Positions 51,778 to 58,413 of a stretch of 64,000 nt of DNA are shown piece by piece (positions within the stretch are counted from its first letter, which is position 1; each line of letters opens with the position of its first letter). The notes under the pieces are model-generated. The model saw only the letters and a list, made by a program, of their open reading frames with translations. It did no database searches and was not told the DNA's origin. Source of the DNA: Bacteroidales bacterium (lineage in GTDB: Bacteria > Bacteroidota > Bacteroidia > Bacteroidales > VadinHA17); the NCBI GenBank assembly GCA_032260385.1, contig JAVVEL010000006.1, positions 37,918 through 101,917 on the forward strand, written 5' to 3'. The position numbers and the translations under genes were made by a program.

Positions 51778-52611
51778 TTCCGGATAGCCTTTCCAAAGTC
51801 TTATAAAACACCAATTTCTTCTACTTCAATTAGTGGATTAAAAATTAATTTCGCTATGTAATGTGTTGTAGATTAAAGAATTAATATTATTTATCCACAA
51901 GTTTATCCTCATAAGAATCCATTTTTTCAGTCTGTTCGTGGATCTGTTCAGGAATTTTTCATTGTTATTCACATATGGAATTACTAATAATCATTCCAGG
52001 TACATATTTGTTCCTTGGTATGTTTTCGTGGCAAATAAATCATGAAGCACTGACAGCTATTAATCCTTTCTTATAAATAATGTGAGGGTAGGAGAGTATA
52101 TTATAAGGATACATGAGTCGACATAAAATTTAGAAAAGTGAATCAATAATGTTACATCTGGCAAAATTAAAAATCACATATGTAATTCACAATTGTAAAG
52201 CCATGATTATTTACTGAATGTACAATTATTTACAAACGTAAAATAGCTTAAAGTTTATATTTGTAAACATTGTGATTAATATGGAATAATTAAATTTAAT
52301 ACATTAGAAATCAGTTATATATTATTATTATATCAACTAATTAGTGAATGAAAATAGCGAATTTATGCTTCCGTTGCATTAGATTAAATAAATATTTAAG
52401 ATTATAGCATTATATACCAGTTATTTACATATCTAATATCAATCATTACTTTAAATAGTAGCATAATATAAACAATTGTTTATGAATAATATACCTATCA
52501 AGGGCAATGTTCCTGTTTTTATCTGATTTATAAATGTTACAGATGTAAAGTATACAATATTACATGTGTGAAATATATTTTATTTACATTTGTAAAAACA
52601 ACTTTATATAC
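51778..52611. other. AT-rich gene-free island with DnaA-box-like 9-mers (candidate oriC or large regulatory region)
   Basis: The track shows no ORF of 60 aa or more in any frame. Composition is visibly far more AT-rich than the flanks. It contains TTATCCACA (51891-99), TTATCCTCA (51903-11), TTATTCACA (51965-73), TAATTCACA (52183-91), TGTGATTAA (52271-79), and TTATTTACA three times. Confidence 0.3.
52585..52592 (+). promoter_or_regulatory. -7 promoter box TACATTTG upstream of the HTH gene
   Basis: Exact TAnnTTTG, 20 nt upstream of ATG 52612. The track start at 52564 lies upstream of this box. Confidence 0.4.
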
Positions 52612-53052
52612 ATGAAAGACAGGATAAGGCTATTTATTGGCAGGGAAAATAAAACATCTTCCCAGTTTGCTGAAGAAATCGGAATACAGCCTTCAGCTGT
52701 ATCTCATGTTCTGTCCGGTCGGAATAATCCCAGTCTTGATTTTGTGGTGAAAATGTTGACTGCTTACCCCGAACTGAATACTGACTGGTTACTGTTCGGA
52801 AAGGGTGAAATGTACAGGACTGAGACTGGTCCAACATTATTTGAGTCTGAAAAAGACGATAATTCCGGTATTGATGATTCCGGACTTAAAGATATGAGCT
52901 TATTTAACAACATAACGGGACAGAAGGATCCTGCGGAAATTGTCGATAATACTGAAATTGATGCTATTAAGGACACTGGAGACACTTTTTCAGAAAGAAT
53001 AATCATATTCTACCCTGATGGCACCTATAATGAATACAAAAGCCGTAAATAG
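52612..53052 (+). CDS. Helix-turn-helix (XRE-like) DNA-binding protein with acidic C-terminal half
   Basis: MKDRIRLFIGRENKTSSQFAEEIGIQPSAVSHVLSGRNNPSLDFVVKML...WLLFGKGEM is an XRE/Cro-type HTH. The remainder is low-complexity and acidic. Confidence 0.8.
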   Translation: MKDRIRLFIGRENKTSSQFAEEIGIQPSAVSHVLSGRNNPSLDFVVKMLTAYPELNTDWLLFGKGEMYRTETGPTLFESEKDDNSGIDDSGLKDMSLFNNITGQKDPAEIVDNTEIDAIKDTGDTFSERIIIFYPDGTYNEYKSRK

Positions 53053-53085
53053 CTTATCCACTTTGCCTTTATACTTTTGTCTTTC

Positions 53086-53211
53086 GTCGTTTGTCTTTCG
53101 TCTTTTATCCCTCTGCTCTGTCTGGCTCCTCATTAAATTAACTCACAGGGTTAATTTTTAACGATCAGCCCTCTTTGTCGTTTGCCTTTTGTCGTTTGTC
53201 TTTCGTCTTTT
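53086..53211. repeat. Exact 21-bp direct repeat GTCGTTTGTCTTTCGTCTTTT (53086-53106 and 53191-53211) flanking an AT hairpin
   Basis: Read directly from the sequence. Each copy sits in a pyrimidine-rich tract with internal TGTCTTTCGTC / TTGTCGTTTG sub-repeats. The hairpin is AAATTAAC-tcacagg-GTTAATTT at 53135-53157. Confidence 0.8.
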
Positions 53212-53214
53212 CAT

Positions 53215-53222
53215 TATCTTTG
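53215..53222 (+). promoter_or_regulatory. -7 promoter box TATCTTTG upstream of pyrK
   Basis: Exact TAnnTTTG, 17 nt upstream of ATG 53239. A TTTG inside the second 21-bp repeat copy lies 16 nt upstream, in a -33-like position. Confidence 0.4.
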
Positions 53223-53238
53223 TTCTCAAAATTCAACA

Positions 53239-54006
53239 ATGAGGATTGAGGATTTTAAGCTTATAGACAATCGCAGACTTACACGGGATTATTTTATTCT
53301 TGACCTGGAAAGCAAAGGCAAACTTCCTGAAATATTGCCCGGGCAGTTCATTCAACTGAGAGTTGATAATGATAGGAAAACATTTCTCAGAAGACCCATA
53401 TCTGTTTTTGATGTCGATTACACCAATAACATTATTAGCCTACTGATTAAACGGGTAGGGAGTGGCACCATGGCAATGTCAGGGCTGGAGAAAGGAAAAA
53501 TGGTTAATATTATCTATCCTCTTGGCAACACCTTCAGCCCCGGTCCTGGCAATGCGAGATCGCTCCTTGTTGGAGGAGGAGTGGGAGTGGCTCCACTATT
53601 GATGCTGGCAAAGGCCTTGAAGGCTAGAACACATGATTTCAAATTTTTGCTGGGCTACCAGACTTCTGAAGATATTATTGAAAAAGAAAGATTTGCCCGT
53701 ATGGGTGAAATGCTTATCACTACAGATGATGGCAGTTATGGCTATAAGGGACTGCTTACAGAACACCCTGAACTACATAAATATAATTATGACCGGATTT
53801 ATTGTTGCGGACCTGAACTAATGATGAAAGCTGTTGCAGCTATCGCCCGGGACGGTGAGAAATTCTGTGAAGTATCCCTTGAAAATACAATGGCATGTGG
53901 TTACGGCGTGTGTCTTTGCTGTGTTGTGGATACTACCAGGGGTAAGGTCTGTACCTGCACTGAAGGACCTGTTTTTAACATAAATGAACTTAAATGGCAG
54001 ATTTGA
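53239..54006 (+). CDS. pyrK: Dihydroorotate dehydrogenase B electron-transfer subunit
   Basis: Ferredoxin-reductase fold (RRPISV, GGGVGVAPL) and a C-terminal 2Fe-2S Cys cluster CGYGVCLCCV...CTCTEGP. Start moved to MRIEDFKL. Confidence 0.9.
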   Translation: MRIEDFKLIDNRRLTRDYFILDLESKGKLPEILPGQFIQLRVDNDRKTFLRRPISVFDVDYTNNIISLLIKRVGSGTMAMSGLEKGKMVNIIYPLGNTFSPGPGNARSLLVGGGVGVAPLLMLAKALKARTHDFKFLLGYQTSEDIIEKERFARMGEMLITTDDGSYGYKGLLTEHPELHKYNYDRIYCCGPELMMKAVAAIARDGEKFCEVSLENTMACGYGVCLCCVVDTTRGKVCTCTEGPVFNINELKWQI

Positions 54007-54905
54007 AGGTTGATATAGGCCGGCTTCTTTTGAAGAACCCTGTAATGACAGCTTCAGGTACCTGTGGCTTCGGACCTGAAATGGAACCCTTTATCGATGT
54101 TTCGTCCCTGGGAGCATTGATTGTGAAAGGAACAACAATTGAAAAACGGGAAGGTAATCCCTATCCCAGGATGGCGGAGACTGCCTCAGGGATGCTTAAT
54201 TCGGTAGGCCTGCAAAATAAGGGATTTGATTATTTCAGGGGAAATACATATCCGCTTGTAAGCAGGTACAGTACAGCTGTGATAATAAACGTAAATGGAA
54301 GCTCGATAGAAGAATACGTAGATCTTTCGGAAAGGATTAATGACCTCGAAAATATAGCGGGTATAGAGCTTAATATTTCATGTCCCAATGTCAAAATGGG
54401 AGGCATGGCCTTCGGAACTCATCTTCCAACAACTGAAAAAGTTATCAGGGCAGTTAGAAAAGTCTATCGTAAACACCTGATGGTTAAACTGTCACCGAAC
54501 GTGACCAGTATAACTGATTTTGCCCGTACTGCAGAGGACCAGGGCTCCGATTCTGTATCACTTATAAATACGCTGCTTGGAATGGCCGTGGATGCAAAAA
54601 CCAGGAAACCGGTCCTGTCAACTGTTACCGGTGGACTGTCCGGACCGGCAATTAAACCTGTTGCCTTAAGAATGGTATGGCAGGTGGCTAAGGCAGTAAA
54701 TATTCCTGTGATAGGAGTAGGTGGTATCATGAATGCCACTGATGCAGCTGAATTCATTATTGCAGGTGCCTCAGCAATACAGGTGGGAACAGCCCTCTTT
54801 GTCGAACCCACCACACCGGTCGATATTATTAAAGGCCTGAATCAATACCTTGATAATAATGGTTTTAAAAGTGTCACAGACCTCAGGGGCTCCCTGGAAA
54901 GCTAA
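53994..54905 (+). CDS. pyrD: Dihydroorotate dehydrogenase B catalytic subunit
   Basis: NPVMTASGT, NISCPNV, GGLSGPAIKP and GVGGI. It overlaps pyrK by 13 nt. Confidence 0.95.
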   Translation: MADLKVDIGRLLLKNPVMTASGTCGFGPEMEPFIDVSSLGALIVKGTTIEKREGNPYPRMAETASGMLNSVGLQNKGFDYFRGNTYPLVSRYSTAVIINVNGSSIEEYVDLSERINDLENIAGIELNISCPNVKMGGMAFGTHLPTTEKVIRAVRKVYRKHLMVKLSPNVTSITDFARTAEDQGSDSVSLINTLLGMAVDAKTRKPVLSTVTGGLSGPAIKPVALRMVWQVAKAVNIPVIGVGGIMNATDAAEFIIAGASAIQVGTALFVEPTTPVDIIKGLNQYLDNNGFKSVTDLRGSLES

Positions 54906-54987
54906 TTTTTAAACATATTTTTATTTCACTTATTATTTTCTAATTTTATGACCTCTAATTATCAAATGTTGTAAATATTAGATCGAC

Positions 54988-55470
54988 ATGGTTAAAAACT
55001 TACAGATTGATGCTCTTGACAGACAAATACTGGATATTATAACAAAAAATGCCCGCATTCCATATCTCGAAGTGGCCAGGGCATGTAATGTATCAGGAGC
55101 CGCAATTCATCAAAGGGTGCAGAGACTGATAAGATCAGGTGTGATAAAAGGATCGGAATTTAAAGTCGACCCCGTTGCAGTCGGCTTTAAAACATGTGCA
55201 TATATAGGCATATATCTGGAGCACCCGGGACATTACAGGAAGGTAATAGAAAAATTCGAAAAAATCCCGGAAATAATTGAATGTCATTACACAACAGGTA
55301 ATTATTCCTTGTTCATTAAAGTTTATACCACAGATAATGAGCATCTGCGGGAAGTCCTGACCAACAGTATTCAGACTATTGAAGGCCTTACCCGTACAGA
55401 AACTCTCATTTCCCTTGAAGAATCAATAAACAGGCAAATACCGGTTCTGTCAACCGGGAAGAAAAAATAA
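54988..55470 (+). CDS. Lrp/AsnC family transcriptional regulator
   Basis: N-terminal HTH (LDRQILDIITKNARIPYLEVARACNVSGAAIHQRVQRL) plus a RAM/ACT-like C-terminal domain. Confidence 0.92.
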   Translation: MVKNLQIDALDRQILDIITKNARIPYLEVARACNVSGAAIHQRVQRLIRSGVIKGSEFKVDPVAVGFKTCAYIGIYLEHPGHYRKVIEKFEKIPEIIECHYTTGNYSLFIKVYTTDNEHLREVLTNSIQTIEGLTRTETLISLEESINRQIPVLSTGKKK

Positions 55471-55629
55471 CTCCTGCCTTCCTGCTTGGAGGTTTTGAAG
55501 CCTGGTTGAACGGTTCCCACCAGCCATCCCTCGATCTCTCATCAGCCTTAGCTTTTTTTGATCCCCACCTGTAATGTTTCCTATACTTATTCGTCATCAC
55601 TATGAAATCAGTTAAACTTAAATCACATA

Positions 55630-56127
55630 ATGATGAAAAAAATGATTGCACCCCTATTATTGTTTGTTTTTACAATTTCATTGAATGCTCAGAGTTCAAT
55701 AGACCGATTGTTTGAAAAATACCAGGGACGTGATGGCTTTGTAACTGTGACGGTATCCGGTAATTTCCTTAAGATGGTGGGGAAATTTGATGATGGTGAC
55801 GACGACTTCCTGAAGAATGCCGATAAACTTACTGCCATACGCATTCTTGCCCAGGAAGATGAGAATATGAATGTTGAAAACTTTTACGACATTGTCATGG
55901 ATGAACTGGATAAGGGAGGTTATGAAGAAATGGTAAGGGTTAATTCATCTGATTCTGACGTGAAAATAATGGTAAAGGCAGAAGGAAAAATATTTACCGA
56001 GTTCCTGTTGGTGACGGGTGGCAGTGACAATGCAATAATACAGATTAAAGGTAAACTGACCGAGGAAATAATAAGGGAAATGTCGGAATCAATAGATGAT
56101 GATAATCATATGTTTGGGATGAGATAA
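55630..56127 (+). CDS. DUF4252 domain protein (secreted), paralog 1
   Basis: Signal peptide, then IDRLFEKYQGRDGFVTVTVSGNFLKM...LTAIRILAQED...YEEMVRV...FLLVTGG...IIQIKGKL, which is the DUF4252 pattern. Confidence 0.72.
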   Translation: MMKKMIAPLLLFVFTISLNAQSSIDRLFEKYQGRDGFVTVTVSGNFLKMVGKFDDGDDDFLKNADKLTAIRILAQEDENMNVENFYDIVMDELDKGGYEEMVRVNSSDSDVKIMVKAEGKIFTEFLLVTGGSDNAIIQIKGKLTEEIIREMSESIDDDNHMFGMR

Positions 56128-56177
56128 AATATTTATTGACTAAATTTAAAACCTGGTTTACAACAAGCCAATGGATT

Positions 56178-56693
56178 ATGACCAGGAAAGAATTTGAAAC
56201 TGACATAATACCCTTAAGCAGCACCCTGTACCGTTATGCCTTCCGCTTCCTCTCAAGTAAAGAAGGAGCGGAAGACGCGGTTCAGGAGGTCTTCCTGAAA
56301 CTCTGGAAGAAGCGCGATAAACTGTCTGGATATAATAGTGTTCAGGCATTTGCAATGACTGTGACCCGTAATCACTGTCTCGACAGTTTGAGGAAAAAGA
56401 AAATGGAATTTTTTGATGACACTGGGAAAGACGAAGCCAGGGCCTCTGACATGAACCTTGAGAAGAGCCTGGAAAACAGTGAGAAATTCAGAATAATATC
56501 GGGTATAATAGACACTTTGCCTGAAAATTATCGAACAGTAATACAACTACGTGATATAGAAGGCTATGAATATGAGGAACTGTCAGAAAAACTGAAGATG
56601 GATATAAATAACCTGAGGGTGATTCTCTCAAGGGCAAGAAAAATGGTAAGGGAAGAAATAAAAAAAAAGAATTATGAACTGGTCAGTGCTTAA
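56178..56693 (+). CDS. ECF-type RNA polymerase sigma-70 factor
   Basis: Region 2 (EDAVQEVFLKLWKK) and region 4 (LPENYRTVIQLRDIEGYEYEELSEKL). ATG 56178 preferred; the track start at 56136 is TTG. Confidence 0.9.
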   Translation: MTRKEFETDIIPLSSTLYRYAFRFLSSKEGAEDAVQEVFLKLWKKRDKLSGYNSVQAFAMTVTRNHCLDSLRKKKMEFFDDTGKDEARASDMNLEKSLENSEKFRIISGIIDTLPENYRTVIQLRDIEGYEYEELSEKLKMDINNLRVILSRARKMVREEIKKKNYELVSA

Positions 56694-57258
56694 AAGATTA
56701 CTTGAAAAGTATTATGACGGCACATCAACGGCAGATGAAGAGCAAAAGATCTTTGAACTCCTGGAAAGGAAAGATCTTCCTTCCGAATTTTATGAAGACA
56801 GGTTGTTGATGGAAGGATTGCACGGTGATATACCGGAACCATCTCCTGATCTCGATGTACGGATCATGACTGTCATTGATGAGTCAGAAAAGGAAAAGAT
56901 AATAATGTCAGGTAAACGGCGCTTATACAGCATTGTGTCTGTGGCAGCCGGAATACTGATAATATTGAGTTTCTGGTTTGTACTGGCTGATAAGTCAGGA
57001 CTCAAGGATACCTTTGATGACCCTCAGCTTGCATACAATGAAACAGTTAAAGTGCTGTATCAGCTTTCGGATAACCTCAATACCGGAAGGGCACAGATGG
57101 AAGAACTTTCGGTGATTAATGATGCAAGGGCTAAATTGGAACTGATACCTGAGTCCGGTAATGTTGTTTCAAGAGAGTTAAAAGCACTCAGGTATATTGA
57201 AAACAGTGTTAACCTGTTAAATATGAATAAAAACGACAAATCTAGTAAGCAAAATTAA
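56674..57258 (+). CDS. Putative anti-sigma factor (single-pass membrane protein)
   Basis: It overlaps the sigma gene by 20 nt, suggesting translational coupling. A cytoplasmic N-terminus is followed by one TM (LYSIVSVAAGILIILSFWFVL). There is no zinc-finger anti-sigma motif. Confidence 0.6.
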   Translation: MNWSVLKRLLEKYYDGTSTADEEQKIFELLERKDLPSEFYEDRLLMEGLHGDIPEPSPDLDVRIMTVIDESEKEKIIMSGKRRLYSIVSVAAGILIILSFWFVLADKSGLKDTFDDPQLAYNETVKVLYQLSDNLNTGRAQMEELSVINDARAKLELIPESGNVVSRELKALRYIENSVNLLNMNKNDKSSKQN

Positions 57259-57271
57259 AATATATAAAATA

Positions 57272-57778
57272 ATGAAAAGGACAGTACTCTTATTAATTAT
57301 CCTTAACCTGGCTGTTTCTTCATTTGCACAGAAGAATCCTATAGACGCAATGTTTGATAAATATGCCGGGAAGGATGGCATTACCACAGTTTATATCTCA
57401 AGTAAAATGTTCAGCATGATGGGAAAAGTAGACCTGGATGATGAGGAACTTCAGGATGTGATGAATAATCTTAAATCAATACGTATACTTACTGTTGATG
57501 ACGACGATCTGAATGCGAAGCTGAATTTTTTTGCTGAACTTGAAAAGGATCTCGACTTTGGCGGTTATGAAGAGCTAATGGTGGTAAAGGAAAGCAATAA
57601 GGACCTTAAATTCCTTGTTAAGGAAAAAGGAAAGAGGATTGAAGAGCTACTGATGATAGGAGGAGGTCCGGGTCAGAATGTGCTTATATCCATTAAAGGA
57701 GACCTTGATCTGGATAATATTACTTCCATAAGCAAAACTATGGGTATTGAAGAATTACAGGATAATGTAAAATATTGA
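57272..57778 (+). CDS. DUF4252 domain protein (secreted), paralog 2
   Basis: Signal peptide, then IDAMFDKYAGKDGITTVYISSKMFSMM...LKSIRILTVDD...YEELMVV...ELLMIGGG...LISIKGDL. Confidence 0.75.
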   Translation: MKRTVLLLIILNLAVSSFAQKNPIDAMFDKYAGKDGITTVYISSKMFSMMGKVDLDDEELQDVMNNLKSIRILTVDDDDLNAKLNFFAELEKDLDFGGYEELMVVKESNKDLKFLVKEKGKRIEELLMIGGGPGQNVLISIKGDLDLDNITSISKTMGIEELQDNVKY

Positions 57779-57781
57779 TAG

Positions 57782-58297
57782 ATGAAATATGCTCTGTCCG
57801 GCCTGATGGCCATATTAATGCTTTTTCTGCCGGCATGCTCGGAGAAGAAAAGAAATGAAGACATATTCACCGAATTTGAAGGTGAAAAAGGTTTTTATAT
57901 GGTTAAATTACCCCCGGCACTCTTCCTTAAACTTACAGGCATGGGAGGAAATGAATCCAGCAGTGAAGATATGGGTAATGTAGATCTTGTCAAGCTCTTG
58001 ATATACAGCCGAGAAAATGATACAGAAAGTGACAGGGATCATATGTATGACAGGATCAGTGGCAAACTTATAGATTATCAGTATGAAAATATATTTGGAT
58101 TTAATTCAGACCAAGCATTTATTTCAGCATATATTCTTGAAAATGATGAATATGTAAGCGACCTGATGATACTTTTCAGAGAAAGTGAATCGCTCGCCTG
58201 CCTGGGCCTGTCCGGGCGACTCAATGGGGAAGAAATCCTGAAATTTGCTGCAGGTATAGAATATAACAAGCTCCGCAACTTCATTAACCAGCAATGA
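57782..58297 (+). CDS. DUF4252-like lipoprotein, diverged paralog 3
   Basis: Lipobox LFLPAC. It keeps the same spacing of conserved hydrophobic blocks (FTEFEGEKGFYMVKL..., VKLLIYS, YENIF, DLMILF, LGLSGRL). Confidence 0.6.
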   Translation: MKYALSGLMAILMLFLPACSEKKRNEDIFTEFEGEKGFYMVKLPPALFLKLTGMGGNESSSEDMGNVDLVKLLIYSRENDTESDRDHMYDRISGKLIDYQYENIFGFNSDQAFISAYILENDEYVSDLMILFRESESLACLGLSGRLNGEEILKFAAGIEYNKLRNFINQQ

Positions 58298-58309
58298 TAA
58301 CCTTATAAA

Positions 58310-58336
58310 CCCTATCAACCCTATCAACCCTATCAA
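58310..58336. repeat. Perfect tandem repeat (CCCTATCAA)x3 inside a 72-nt G-free tract
   Basis: Read directly from the sequence. There is no G between 58297 and 58368 on the + strand. Confidence 0.9.
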
Positions 58337-58381
58337 CTTCCCTTAATCTCTCATATTCTTCCATACAAGCACTAGAATTAT

Positions 58382-58389
58382 TATTTTTG
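58382..58389 (+). promoter_or_regulatory. -7 promoter box TATTTTTG upstream of relA/spoT
   Basis: Exact TAnnTTTG, 25 nt upstream of ATG 58414. The track TTG start at 58387 lies inside this box. Confidence 0.4.
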
Positions 58390-58413
58390 CAGCAGAAAAA
58401 TTCAATACCTGCC

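Noticed and set aside
51975-52076. 33-codon ORF (MELLIIIPGTYLFLGMFSWQINHEALTAINPFL) inside the AT-rich island
   Set aside because: It is short, has no promoter box at a suitable distance, and overlaps the DnaA-box-like region. It is indistinguishable from a chance ORF without conservation or Ribo-seq data.
55406-55651. 81-aa minus-strand ORF covering the Lrp-DUF4252 spacer
   Set aside because: It overlaps the ends of both flanking genes and has no motif or promoter support. I also looked for an ECF-type promoter (GAAC...CGT) here, but the only candidate (TGAAC-N20-CGAT) has an atypical spacer.
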